From: Amoeboaphelidium protococcarum X5
Lineage: Eukaryota > Fungi > Aphelidiomycota
NCBI GenBank assembly: GCA_023515725.1
Contig: JALDTO010000200.1
Coordinates: 426,276-490,275, forward strand
DNA: 64,000 nt
Direction: 5' to 3'
Shown here one piece after another: positions 14,691 to 27,741 of this stretch. The notes beneath the pieces are model-generated. The model saw only the letters and a program-made list of their open reading frames with translations. It did not search any database and was not told where the DNA came from. Within the stretch, counting starts at the first letter, position 1, and each line of letters starts with the position of its first letter. The position numbers and the translations under genes were made by a program.

Positions 14691-15253
14691 TATTTTTCTG
14701 GTACTGTGTAGAGCTCAATTTATGGTGAAACGAAAGAAGCGACAATATTCTCTCAGCATTGAGCGAATCTCACAATGGTGAACAATAAACGTACGCGTTC
14801 ACTAGTGAGTCCGTTCAATCTCTGCGTGTCATTCCGTCATTTCTGAAACGAACTCATTTTGCAATTTATATTAATGTTTGAATGGTGTCTCGTTAAATAC
14901 AAAGAAGGTCAATAGCTGGCTTCAGATCTTGACAACAGCAACCCATTTTAAGTGATGAAAATTGGAACATGACACGCAGATTACTCTACTTAATCGTGGT
15001 CAATACCGTAATGTTATACTTTTAATCAACAATGTTAGACAATATTCGTTCATCATAGAACGCGCATTCCAGCACTGAATGCGTCAATCACACTGACAGT
15101 ACATTAGGTGTGTTAAGCAAAACAATCAGCGAGCTCTCATCGCGCAAAGTTTTCTGACGGCGGCGGCGGCGGAACGAAAATTTTAGAGAACGCTTCCCTT
15201 TCCTTCTTTCTGAATATTGTACTCAATTAATTAAAAGAACATCATCATTCATC

Positions 15254-15932
15254 ATGTTGCGCTCAGTGAATGTAAGATTTATTGTGTCGTCATATTAATT
15301 ATCACATATAATTGTAATGCTTTTTGTAGATTGTGAGAACGATGGCTAGCCAGGCTTCGGTCAAATTACCGTTGCAGTTGCATGGAATTGAGGGTCGATA
15401 TGCATCCGCGTTATTCCAGGCTGCAGCCAAGTAGAACTAGTTGGATTCTGTGGAGAGTGAACTTAAGCGCGTTGTGTCTGCAATCCAGAAGGACCAGAGC
15501 ATGAAGCAGTTCTTGGAGAATCCGCTGCTTTCCAGAGATCAGAAGGTGAAGGGAGTCAATCAAATGCTGTCTTCTGGAGGCAAGTACTCAGAGATCACCA
15601 AGAATTTCTTTGCAGTTCTGGCGGAGAATGTCCGTCTTAGAGATACTCTGAAGATTGCAGACTCATTCTTCTAGCTGATGGGTGCCCATAGAGGCGAGGT
15701 GGTTGTCCATGTCACTTCTGCAAAGCCGCTGGATTCTAAGCTGTAGAATCAGTTGAAGAGTGTTTTGCAGAGAACCTCGCTGGGAAAGAAGGCTGATAGT
15801 GTTAAGATTGAGAGCAAAGTTAATCCTGCCATTCTCGGTGGTTTGATTGTGGAGTTTGGTGAAAAGACTATCGATCTGTCCATCTCCTCCAGATTAACCA
15901 AATTGAACAAGATGTTGACTGATTCAATCTGA
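15254..15932 (+). CDS. ATP5: Mitochondrial ATP synthase OSCP subunit; intron ~15272-15329
   Basis: LHGIEGRYASALF, LMGAHRGEV, VNPAILGGLIVEFGEKTIDLSI. Confidence 0.95.
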
Positions 15933-16645
15933 GATATCTTTAGGATGATTGACTGAATTTAAGAATAAATCTCCAATTGATAAGAAATTATACGAATATA
16001 AGTTTTCTCAATTTTGCTTGATAGCGCAATACTGGTGAGAGTTAGTCACCTTTGATGTGGAACGTGATGCATCGTTTTGTAATTGCTCAGTGTGCGATCA
16101 AATGCGAATTAAACAGAAAGCGTTGCTGTTTATGTTTATCATGATATACATTACTGTCGTATAAAAGTAAATATAGAGATTTGACGCGGTGCTTAATCTG
16201 CGAGACGCTCTCCAATGCAGACTAGTTGCGTACCGCGTGCATTTTTTAATCGTAACCGCACTTTGAAAACCAATGATGGTGTTGTAGCGGATTCTTCTAT
16301 GGCGACCAAATACAGTTCAAAGATTGACTGTTGAGTTTTATATTCAAAAATTGTATCATTTGTTGGAATCGAACTGAATAAGAAAGAGTAAATAATCTAC
16401 TGATTATAGGTTTGCATTTACCCAAAATAAGAGCGCTCGTTTATCAAACGCACTGTAGAAATATATTCGCCAGTAAAATTACGGTATTTTAAACAAGGTT
16501 AGTGAGACCGCTTGTCTAAGTATATCAAGTATAATCGTTTTGAAGTTTATTATAACAAAATTTACAGCGATCAGTTTCTTATAAGGCTTTCACTTTACGC
16601 CCGCTGAATGACTTTAGCTTGAAACTATTAATCTGTAAAATCAAA

Positions 16646-17878
16646 ATGGGACATGCACAAACGCGATAGAAGTAATAATAACGTGATCTACCAGAAGTAA
16701 AATTCTTGGGCGATATCCAGTTGCCTCTATCTACGAGCGGTAGACATGTTCAAGACCAGTCTTGTAACAGAGTGCGATTTCGAGGTTGCAATTGGTCAGC
16801 TGTTCAGGCGTTAATGATTCCAGAGGGACTGGCAGACTATTCCATACAAGAGAATGCGCGTATAATCAAGCATGAACTTGGTATGAATATTGTGAGGCTA
16901 GCTACCTCATCTCAGTTGTTCAAAAGTATTCACGTCAAACTTAATGACATAATTCGAGTTGGGGAGAACATCTCGCCTGCAATGTGGGAGAGAGTTTTGT
17001 CTAATCATCCATGGATTGATCCTTCAGTTACAACTGTTCTTGACGTATTGGATGCTACTATGAAAGCTTTAAATGATGAATGTATTATGGTAAACTTGGA
17101 CAATCACATTTCCACTGCCAAATGGTGTTGTTGCATTTCAGATAACAATAGATGGTGGGGAGAGTCAGAGTTTGGCGTTGATGAATGGCTTGAAACACTC
17201 AAACTGATGGCCACAATGGCAAAAGACAGATGGTCAGCAAATGTTATTGGCATTGGATTAAGGAATGAACCTGCTTATCCTCGCGCCATTGACAAGTGTT
17301 ATAATAAAGAATGGTTCAAGTACATGCGCATGGGTGCGGAGGTAGTTCATAAGGTGGCGCCTGAGCTGTTGATATTTGTGGGAGCACAAAACTTTGCTAT
17401 AGACTTGACAGCTTTGCGATGGTAGTCCTTTGTAACGCGTGAAATGACCCAGAACTTCCCAAACTTGAAGAGTTAGGTCATGTTTGAAGTTCATACTTAT
17501 CCATTTCATTTCGGAAATGTAAGACTGTCTTCCTTTGTATGGCGTCAAACATGGAATATGCTGTGGGGCTACCTGCTGAAGCGAGACGTTCCAATTTGGC
17601 TTAATGAGTTTGGACTTGATCTGAATGGCTGGCAAGACGGAGCGCCGGCTTCGATATAAGAGCGAACGTTTCTCCTTGCACTCAGTAATTATATTAGACT
17701 CAAAGATCTCGACTTCTGCTGGTGGGTATTGCATTCGCGTTACTATCATCGTGAAGGCTAGTTGGAGAGTAATGAATCTTACGGATTGCTCAAGATAAAC
17801 TAGGATTGCCATATTGATCCTTCGTAATCAGTTGGTGGCAATGTTAAGAATACTGATCTTCTCTCATTTCTGCCTTGA
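16646..17878 (+). CDS. Glycoside hydrolase family 5 protein (cellulase superfamily)
   Basis: PLSTSGRHV, RVRFRGCNWS, LDNHISTAKWCC, LRNEP (acid/base Glu), FEVHTY, PIWLNEFG (nucleophile Glu). Confidence 0.9.
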
Positions 17879-18085
17879 AGAGGTTAGATTTCACCAGTAA
17901 GAGCCTGCTTAGACTCATCAAACCCTTTGGATTGAGACCAATGATTGTATAATTAAGTGTCATTATTGTGTAAGTATAGAGTGCTTTTCTCTCAACTTAC
18001 AGTACCGAATTCTAATCTTACATGAATGAGGCGCCTCAATGATGAGTTTTGATCTCTTCTTGTTTCAGCTTCCAAAAATAATCCC

Positions 18086-19291
18086 ATGGCGACAGAATCA
18101 GAAAAAAGTGGTATGCAAAATCTCAATGATGGAATCAGCTCTGTCGCTATAAGTCCCACCACCGCTAGCTTCATTGCTGGGACTCTGGGAGGACTCGCTG
18201 GAGTCATCGCTGGCCATCCATGTAACTTTTGTGTCTTAAAAAGCTTCCACTTACCACTAGATATGTGTAGTTGATACAATCAAAGTTCGATTGCAAAGCC
18301 AAAATTCTCTGAAGCCCAAATATTCTGGGACTTTAAATTGCCTTCTCACAATCATCAAGGAGGAGAAAATTTTGGGACTATATAAAGGTAAACTCTGTCT
18401 AGCAATTGTATCAATTAATATTACTGATTGATGATTCTGATCATTTAGGCATCTCAAGTCCATTGATTGGCGTTGCTATCGTTAATGCGTTACTTTTTGG
18501 TGTGTATGGTGCAATACTACACGCGTAGATGGGTAGCAAGTACAATGCGGTGGATGAGAATGGTATAGTTCATCAGCCCACCTTATCTCAAATTTTTGTG
18601 GCAGGTTCGGGTAGCGGTTTTGTCAATAGTATAATCAGCAGTCCCATGGAGCTGATTAAAATCAAGTTATAAAATTAAGGTGCTCCTGGTCTCTTTTAAA
18701 CTACAACTTAAATTGATCAGATTTCTGCCGTTAAAAAGCTGAACATGCTTTCATGTGCTAAGCAGATTTTTAATGCTAATGGATTCCGAGGTTTATCTCG
18801 CGGTTTTACTGCCACTGTGATTCGCGATACGCCTTCATATGGAGCGTATTTTGTATCGTATGAAATACTGTGTAGATATCTTGCACCACCTGGCACTGAC
18901 CCAAAAGAGTTATCTGGTGCTCGTCTTATGCTAGCTGGTAAGTCGAGTAATTTACTATACTGATCTCGATAATATTCTTTTAAATTGTGTAGGCGGACTT
19001 GGTGGAATCATTGGATGGGCTTCGACATATCCGGCTGATGTGGTCAAAACAATAATTCAAACGGATCCTAATTTGACACAGAAAAATTCTAAGCCAATCT
19101 AAATTTCAGATTGTCTCAAGGGTCACTTGGATGGTAGATACGGTAATGGTGTGCAGTCTTTATTCAAAGGTTTATGGGCCACCATCTTACGCGCGTTTCC
19201 GACCAATGTCGCCATACTCTCCACGTATCATGTCACGATGGAATACTTTAGGAAGTCAGGCTTGATGCAAAACAACTCTGAAGATGGTTGA
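18086..19291 (+). CDS. Mitochondrial carrier (SLC25; carnitine/basic amino acid carrier-like); three introns
   Basis: Three carrier signatures: HPFDTIKVRLQ, PMELIKIKLQ, YPADVVKT; also RDTPSYGAYF and RAFPTN. Confidence 0.92.
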
Positions 19292-19407
19292 ACTGAAAAT
19301 CAAGCGGTAAATATCAATGGTAAAAGTGTTGAACTATTCAACTTAAAAGCAAATAGAAAATAGTCATAAATTCAACTATAAGTGTATATTTCCAACTCTT
19401 GTCATGA

Positions 19408-19890
19408 TCAAACCAGAGTCTCATAAGGAATTGGCTACAGGGTGGAAGGAATGTTGTCCTTGGTCGATACAAAGTGTCCAGTCTTTGGAAGCTTTGGCAG
19501 CCTCTTGGTATTGACGAATTCACCAGTCTCCTTTGCCTTCTTCTTCAGCTCAGCATTCTTCTTGACACGGTTGAGGAAATCATCGCGACACTTGGAGTGC
19601 TTCACATGCTCAATACGCACATTAATACGCTTCTCCATGTAGCGGTTACCGACAATCTTGTTAACAATAACACCGACAGCGCTCTTGGTAACGTTGTATA
19701 CAATTCCCGTTCTTCCATGATAGAACTTGTGTGGCATACCCTTGTGCACAGCACCATTGACCTTAATGTCCACAATGTCTCCAACCTTGAAGGTGCGCAT
19801 GTATGTAGATAATCTGATCATACCATGCTCGCGAAAGTTACGAGCAAACTTATAACGGGTACGCGCTCTTAGACCAAATGAGTGAGGCAT
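19408..19890 (-). CDS. RPL21: 60S ribosomal protein eL21
   Basis: [30 protein letters not shown]; reading through TAG gives the conserved PIPYETLV end. Confidence 0.98.
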
Positions 19891-20237
19891 TTTATTATTA
19901 TGATTATTATTATCTAGGTGTGATCTCTTTGGTTCTACTTATAATAATCACGAGAAGGGAGAGTGGCAGAGAATTTTCTTCGCGTCGAGATCAAAAATCT
20001 CTCCTTTCTAAGGCTCGACGTAACCCAAGAAGAATTTTTTCATCCTGTTGTCGCTTCAATGCTGAAGACTGTCGCCTCGAGATGATGATGAAGAAGAAGA
20101 AATTGAAGATTAAACGCGAGAGACAACCGACCGAAATCTGATCGCGGCGGAGCGTAAAGAAATTTCTTCGGTGCTCACAGTGATTATCGCTCACCCCAAC
20201 TCAATCCATTCTTTTGCTGCCTAATAATAAACACAAA
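19891..20237. promoter_or_regulatory. Bidirectional RPL21/RPS9 promoter with RRPE-like AAAWTTT elements
   Basis: Divergent ribosomal protein genes; GAATTTTTTCA (reverse TGAAAAAATTC), GAGAATTTTC, GAAATTTC. Confidence 0.45.
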
Positions 20238-20807
20238 ATGACCTTTAGAGCAAAGAGTAAGACGGCAAAGGTGCCGCGTAGACCATACGAAGCTGAACGT
20301 CTGGACCATGAATTGAAATTAGCCGGAGAGTATGGACTGCGTAATAAGCGTGAGATCTGGCGTATCGGATTGACTCTGTCCAAGATTCGTCGTGCGGCTC
20401 GTGAACTTTTGACTTTGGAAGAGAAAGACACCCGCCGTCTATTTGAGGGTAATGCGCTGATCCGTCGTCTTATTCGTATGGGTGTCCTGGACGAGACCAA
20501 GGCTAAGCTCGATTACGTGCTGGGTCTGCGCGTTGAGGATTTCTTGGAGAGAAGATTGCAGACTCTGGTGTTCAAGGCCGGTCTGGCAAAGAGTATCCAC
20601 CACGCTCGTGTGCTGATTAAATAGAGACACATTCGCGTTGGCAAGCAGATTGTTGATATTCCATCATTTGTGGTGCGTTTAGATTCGTAGAAGCATATTG
20701 ATTTCGCCCTGACCTCTCCACTCGGCGGTGGTCGTCCAGGTCGCGTCAAGAGAAGACGTATGAGAGCTGCCGAAGCTGGTGGTGATGGCGAGGAAGAGGA
20801 AGAATGA
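20238..20807 (+). CDS. RPS9: 40S ribosomal protein uS4 (S9)
   Basis: [26 protein letters not shown](TAG)RHIRVG, LDSQ(TAG)[15 protein letters not shown]. Confidence 0.98.
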
Positions 20808-20942
20808 TCCATTAATTTCTACGTTATTAATACACTGACATATCTCATCTTCATTTTTTGTTTTACTATTTTGTGATGCGCTTTAGTGTTGATCTGCCTG
20901 ATCACTGTCATTTAATCGTTCTCTTGAATCCAACTTGGAAAA

Positions 20943-22121
20943 ATGTCGAAAAATCCTCCACTGAAATTTGAAGTGCTGGCGCGATGTAGCACAACTAAAG
21001 CGCGTGTGTCCAAGATGATACTGCGACATGCTGTGGTGGTTACGCCCGTGTTTATGCCTGTTGGTACACAGGGTGCAATGAAAGGGGTTAGTGTTGATTA
21101 GCTCAGAGATGTCAGATGTAATATGATTCTGGGAAATACGTATCATTTGGGCATGCGACCGGGTGAATAGATTATGCAAAAGATGGGCGGTTTACATAAG
21201 TTTATGAATTGGGATCATGGACTGTTGACTGATAGTGGTGGATTTTAGATGGTATCTCTTCTGAAATTGTCTTCTGTATCTGAGGATGGCGTGCATTTTA
21301 TACATCCGCATACTCAAGAGCCTCTTCTACTTACGCCGGAGCGATCAATGTAAATTTAGAATAGTATCGGAGCGGATATCATGATGCAGTTGGATGATGT
21401 TGTATCTTCTCTTACTGTTGGTGATCGCGTCGTTGAGGCTATGCATAGAAGTATTCGATGGCTTGACCGGTGTATTGAATCGCATCAGCGACCCAACGAT
21501 TAAAGTCTATTTGCCATTATACAAGGTGGATTAGACAAGGAGCTAAGGAGTATTTGTTTGGAGGAGATGATTAAACGCGACACGCCGGGATATGCTATTG
21601 GCGGTCTTAGTGGCGGTGAAGAGAAGGATAAATTTTGGCGAATAGTATCTCATTGCACAGAGTCTCTGCCAGAGTATAAGCCGCGTTATTGTATGGGCGT
21701 CGGGTATGCCTTAGATCTTGTTGTGTGTGTTGCTTTAGGTGTTGATATGTTTGACTGTGTATTTCCAACTAGAACGGCCAGATTTGGCAATGCTTTGACG
21801 CGTTATGGCTCTATCAAATTGACCAACAGCTAGTACAAACACGATTATCGGCCCATTGAAGATGACTGTGACTGTCTTGCATGTACCCAGTATACCCGCG
21901 CTTCTCTGAATCCTATTGTCTGCACAGAGACTGTGGGATGTAATTTGGTTTCAATCCACAATATTGCTTATCAGATGAGACTTATGCGCGAGATGAGGGA
22001 AGCGATTATGAAGGACCAATTTCCTCAATTCGTTAAGAAGTTTGTCAAAGATTATCACACCAACTCTGAATGTCCCCAATGGGCTATCAATGCCCTCAAA
22101 TCAGTCAACATTGATGTTTGA
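20943..22121 (+). CDS. QTRT1: Queuine tRNA-ribosyltransferase catalytic subunit
   Basis: [24 protein letters not shown](TAG)[26 protein letters not shown], zinc site CDCLAC...HN. Confidence 0.97.
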
Positions 22122-22388
22122 ACATAATAGTTCTTTTAATTGTTCTTTTTAATTTGTGCCAAACTTTCATTGTCTATTGCCTCTATCAATCGCTTTCACT
22201 TGCTCTCTCTCTTAATGAAGCTCTGGCGCAGATTGGTAATGACCAGCGCTTTACACTTCTCTTTACGCGATCAAAGAGCGTTAACCGAAACGCGAAATTT
22301 TCACTTCTATTCTCTAAATAGAAATTAGTTGTTCAAGGACGATTTAAGGACCTCAGAAATAGAAAGAAAATATTTAGATATATACAAT

Positions 22389-22820
22389 ATGAGTGAGAAT
22401 CCAGAACAAATTACTTTATCCGGAAATCAGCCTGCTGGCGCTATGACTGTTGAAGAGGCTCTGCAGCAGGTGATCAAGCGCGCTCTGATCCATGATGGAT
22501 TGGCGCGTGGTCTGCGTGAGTCTGTCCAGGCTCTGGACCGTCGCCAGGCTCATCTGGCTATCCTGGCTGAGTCTTGTGATGAGGCTTCCTACACTGGTCT
22601 CGTTGAGGCTCTGTGCTCTGAGCACAACATCAATTTGATAAAGGTTGGCGATGCAAAGAAGTTGGGCGAGTGGGCCGGTCTGTGCAAGTACGACCGTGAA
22701 GGAACTCCGCGCAAGGTTGTCGGATGTGGCTGTGTTGTGGTCAAGGACTTCGGTGAGGAGTCTGAGGCTATGAACATGTTGCTGGAATTGATCATGAACT
22801 CCCAGAACGGAGAGGAATGA
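22389..22820 (+). CDS. RPS12: 40S ribosomal protein eS12
   Basis: [41 protein letters not shown]. Confidence 0.97.
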   Translation: MSENPEQITLSGNQPAGAMTVEEALQQVIKRALIHDGLARGLRESVQALDRRQAHLAILAESCDEASYTGLVEALCSEHNINLIKVGDAKKLGEWAGLCKYDREGTPRKVVGCGCVVVKDFGEESEAMNMLLELIMNSQNGEE

Positions 22821-22998
22821 GTATGATTCTGTTCTAGAACCTCCTCTAGTCATAATAGTGACAGTAGTAGTAGATTAAAGGATAATTTTATCATTAAATG
22901 TTGAGCCATTTTCTTATAATTTTCTTTTATTTGATCAACTTCACCTTTCCACCAGCTGACAGATGGTATTATTAATCGTATATTTTATAGAAAACAGC

Positions 22999-23906
22999 TC
23001 ATCCAATGACCAACTTGGTGTCATCAGCAATAAACTCATACGGTGGAACTTCAAGATTCAATGGAGCAGGTCCCTTTCTAATTCTACCACTGATATCATA
23101 ATGACTACCATGGCACGGGCAGTACCAGCCATCATAATCACCAGCCTCACCAATAGGCACGCAACCAAGATGAGTACAGATTGCCAGAACAACCAACCAC
23201 TCAGGCTTCTTCACTCTATCAGCATCCGATTGAGGATCACGGAGCTCATTCATAGCCACGGTATTAGCCTCACTAATCTCATCCTGGGTACGATGTCTAA
23301 TCACCACAGGCTTACCACGCCACTTCACAGTCAGATTCTTACCCTGTGGGATGGAGGTTAGATCTATTTCAGTCTTGGCCAGAGCCATCACATCAGCAGA
23401 AGGAGCCAACTGGGACAGGAAGGTGGCCACAAAGTTCTTTGCACCCACGGCACCCAACACTCCGGCACTGCCAATCATCATATAAGTGAATGCCCTGTCA
23501 TCTGACGACGCAACATCCTTCTTGCCATCACCTCCACTGCTCTTCTTATAGCTGCTAAAGTCTGGAACTCTCGTCGTCTCCACGCGCCCAGTGCTATAAA
23601 ATCTCTACTATCCGAATCTAAATGGATCTTGCAAACGAGCTACACACATTTAAATTCAATAAAAGTCCAATAGTACTGTTAAGACTGAGAGAAATGTATA
23701 ATCATACTGTTGAATGATTTAATTGATGTATTTCCAACTTTGGATCCAATTGAGAAAGGCTTAAAGTCATCATCCTGACTACTACTGTGCGTGTACGAGT
23801 TGGCCCGATGAGAGGAGAGTGACTGAGCCAGAGGCACGGCATTAAACCTCACACTGCTCACGCCACTAGTATTCTTTACAGCTGTAGACACCAATCTTGA
23901 AGCCAT
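22999..23906 (-). CDS. RIP1: Cytochrome bc1 Rieske Fe-S protein; intron ~23640-23707
   Basis: ICTHLGCVP, YCPCHGSHYD, GPAPLNLEVP; mitochondrial presequence in exon 1. Confidence 0.97.
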
Positions 23907-24226
23907 ATCACTAAAAGAAGTAGTAATTACTAATGCAGATCCACTAATAGATTAAAGGTATCAAAATAAGGTGACGTTTGTTAACGATCGACTTGGCTGA
24001 AAGAAGAAAAACGTCGCAGCGAATCGTCGCTCAAAGAAGAAATTTTCGAATTCGATCGGACAGGACGTTATAGAGAGGCATAAAGTAACTCAAAGCACTT
24101 GAATATTCATGTGAAGTTATATCGCTATGACCAGATTTTAATCAATAAATCTTAGTATCAAAGTGTAAGACACGATTTAAAAGTATATTTGACATTTTAT
24201 ACAATCAACCATGTGGAAATGATCGA

Positions 24227-24567
24227 TCATGAAGAGCCATATTTGACACGCCTAATCTGATCTAATCGTCGCATGTAGTTGGTGGGGATGTAGCTCTCCA
24301 ACATTGGAAAGTAGTCGGTCATGACAAAGACGCAGTAGTGTGCATACTCAGGCAAGTACATGTACACGGTATACAGAGTGAGGAGTAGGCCAGCGAGGAT
24401 CACAGAGTTGAATATGGCCTTCTCCCACGGTTCCAGCATGTATCTACAATACATCACATAAGTAGTGACTTGCACGACATTACAATCACCTAATTATTGA
24501 TAAATTGATCTTACAATGCTGTCCATAATTCGTATTGATAATATTTAGTCTTGAGCCACTTCCACAT
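24227..24567 (-). CDS. Serine palmitoyltransferase small subunit (ssSPT-like); intron ~24444-24514
   Basis: Spliced MWKWLKTKYYQYELWTALYMLEPWEKAIFNS followed by a TM helix. Confidence 0.85.
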
Positions 24568-24721
24568 TGTCCACTCAAAGTAACACTAATATTTCTAAAG
24601 TGGGATGTAAGCGAAGAGTTAAAGAGACGAAATCTAATTAGACTAAGCGGAGAGACTTGAAGAATTTGCTTTAAATAAACCACAAGTCAAATAAATGTAT
24701 TTTATTATTACATCGCCGGTA

Positions 24722-25840
24722 TCATGCAAAGAACATTATAAATGTAATAAAGAACACTATGAGAACTGCGAATATCTTGGCCATGAGCCAGCGATTACTT
24801 GAGAGACTTTGCATGTACCGCGTCAATTGATTCTGCGCGTTGAATACGTTACTCTCAATATCCTCCACATTGTCGTCGATACGTCGCACAAGATCATCAT
24901 GTTGACTGATCATAGTCGTCAGTTAAGAGAACAAACCAGCCAGATCTGTAATGGTCTTCTCAATACCTTCTATAGCCTGTGCGCGACTCTCCAGGTAAGA
25001 ATCTGATTGATTCAGTTGTAACAGTTCCTACTATTGATATGGGATAGATATTGATATATACTCACTGTCAGGAGATGTCTACCGCTGCTACTATTACTAC
25101 TGATTAGACTAAGCATCATATTACGCTGCATTATTTCTCTACTAAAGCCCTTAATACAGCGGAGATTGTGAGTTCATGACAAAGGAGCTCGACGCATTAT
25201 TATTATTATTATTATTCATGCTCATTGACGATGAAGGCCGTGCGCCGGATAGCTGATCTTTCTATTACTATTGGGCTTTCAAAGTCTAGGATCTAACTTC
25301 TAGCACATCTTTAAACACATTGGATGCATTCGCCAGGTTAGACTTTAAGGACATTATGATGTTCGATGTATGTTCTTGCGCCAACTTCCATCTGGATGAT
25401 GACCGCTATTACTACCTTTGCATTAATTCATCTTACTAGAGCTGCTCCAAATTACTTATATTACTGGCGAGACGTCCAATATCTTGCTTAATCACAGCGG
25501 TAAGATCATTAATCTCATAGGAACTATCATCGAACAGAGACTTCTTCTTGGCTAGCTTGGTCAACTTCTCCAATTTGGCAGCGCATTGAGAAATGTCTCT
25601 ACTTATGACCGCCGCCTACCGACTAAACTGGCCGCCACCTTATACTACAGCGACTCCATTATTCGCAGAGTTATTAGAGTCATAATCATTATTCGATAGT
25701 AGTGGCTCATTCAGCGAAGATGCTATTCTAGAACTAATCGCTGATGCCTGAGGCATAGCTTAGACAGGCAGCGAACCGCTCCTCTACCGAATTGACTCTA
25801 TTGATGCAAAGAATTCTCTAGTTCTATTTTAAACTGTCAT
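24722..25840 (-). CDS. SED5: Golgi t-SNARE syntaxin-5
   Basis: QNRTREFF N-peptide, LAKKKSLFDD, SNARE heptads RRIDDNVED, SSNRWLMAKIF plus C-terminal TM. Confidence 0.93.
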
Positions 25841-26026
25841 TAAAGTATTTTATTTCTCCGAATATTAATGCAAGTGAAGAAGTTCTATCAGGATAGTTGG
25901 CCAAGTGGCGAATTTTTATTCAAATCAGAACGAAGAGAAACAACGAAGAGAAATTGCCTCGTAGGAGTCGCTGTGCTGTTTCATGTAAGATATATATTAT
26001 TTTTCAAAGCATAAAATAGCCCAAAT

Positions 26027-27625
26027 TCACTCCATGACTATGGCTTTGAATAGATCAAATCCGTTGGATGCCGTGGACATTACCATTCCAGGGATTTGAC
26101 TGTGCCAGTGCAATTCCTTAATCTCCTTTTGTCCCTAGTGGATGAACATCAGTTGAGGTGGAATGTCCAGATCAGCAGATTCTTGCATAACCTCGTGATC
26201 CGCCTCGACAGAGAAATCCCACAGGGTCAATTGATCATCGGCAGAGGATACGGCAAGGATGGACTCATCATGTGCGGACCACTCGATGGATGTTATCGGC
26301 GATTTGTGCCAAGTGTAAGTGGCAGAGGCAACTCCAGCCTTGGCTTGCCGCAAATCCCAAATTCTAAATTGGCCATCATCTGCACCAGATGCCAAGAGAT
26401 TAGGCATTTTTCTATTCCAAGAGATGACATTAACGTCTGCATCATGAGCCTTGATCGAAATCTAACTCTTATTGCCTGCAGCACGCGTATCCCATAACTA
26501 GATGGTCTGATCGACAGATGCAGACGCGAACACGGTATCTTGAACTGGAGACCACTGTAGATCTTCAACAGACTACTTATGACTAGAGTACGCTTTACTG
26601 CTACTATACCATCCTTTCTACTGATCTAGCTGAGTTAGATATATATTACCATTACAATCACCAGTCAGGAGCTTTGCCACGTAACCGCCGGTCGGCGCCT
26701 TGCACCAGTCCATAGCATAACCTTCCATGCGGTGACTCTTTAAAGTATACAGAGGTGCAGCTGATTGATTAACGGGCTTTGAACCAACGTTGTCCAGAGA
26801 TTGCTTCAGGGGAGACATATCCCACACATGAACCTTGCCGGTATCAGCCCAAGTGGCGGCATACACAGTGTCCGTTTACCCACTTGGTTGGAAGCATCTG
26901 ACACGATTCACACCACCATGGTGCTTAATAGAACGATATTCCAACAGCGGATCTTCTTCCACCTCATCTTCATCCATATCGCTATCATCATCGTCACTGT
27001 CATTCATATTATTGCCAGTGACTACTTTACCGCTATAAGTCTTATGCAGACGCGTCACCTTCATCAAATAGACGCGATTATTAGAAGTGGAGTCAGCCTG
27101 AGAACCGGCGACCATGTACATTGACATTGGATACTGAAGTCTATTATCGCCAAACTAATCCTTGACAGTATCAAATGACAGACACGGCCATTCAGCGGAC
27201 AGCGTATGGTATAATCTATAAGCACGATTGTCATAATCCAACACTTCACCCTCTGCCAAAGCTTATCCAGGCAGATAAACCTACTTTTCATTCTTCTACT
27301 GCTGCTCTTATTGATCGGATGAAGATGACTTGGACCCGCTGCCTTCTATCACGTTTCCATTAGCATCCAATTGGACATTGTCAATATCATCATTATCGTC
27401 GTCGTCGTCGTCGTTACAAATGACAATATCTTCATCCTCTTCCATCTCGTCCTCCCACGCGTCTTCAAACTCCAAATCGTTCAAGTCCACGTTATTTCCA
27501 CCTTGATGTTGGGAAGCAATAACGCCATTCTCATCCATTTTAACAGATTTAAAATTATTCTCTTAATGAGAGCCCATCTATACCGGGTCCACCTCATCAA
27601 TGGTAGATGATCGTTTTTTGGTCAT
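26027..27625 (-). CDS. RRB1: WD40 ribosome assembly protein Rrb1/GRWD1
   Basis: [51 protein letters not shown]. Confidence 0.93.
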
Positions 27626-27741
27626 TTTTCCAACTTTTGCGCTCAGTAGTTTCTCTTCTCATGAAAAAGAGAGTTGAAGCGATCAATCAATAAGGAGCTG
27701 AAGTCGTTATTCCTTTCGATTTTAATTAAATTTAATATATC

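Noticed and set aside
14950-15080. Possible C/D box snoRNA (GTGATGA...CTGA)
   Set aside because: No terminal stem or rRNA-complementary guide could be identified by eye
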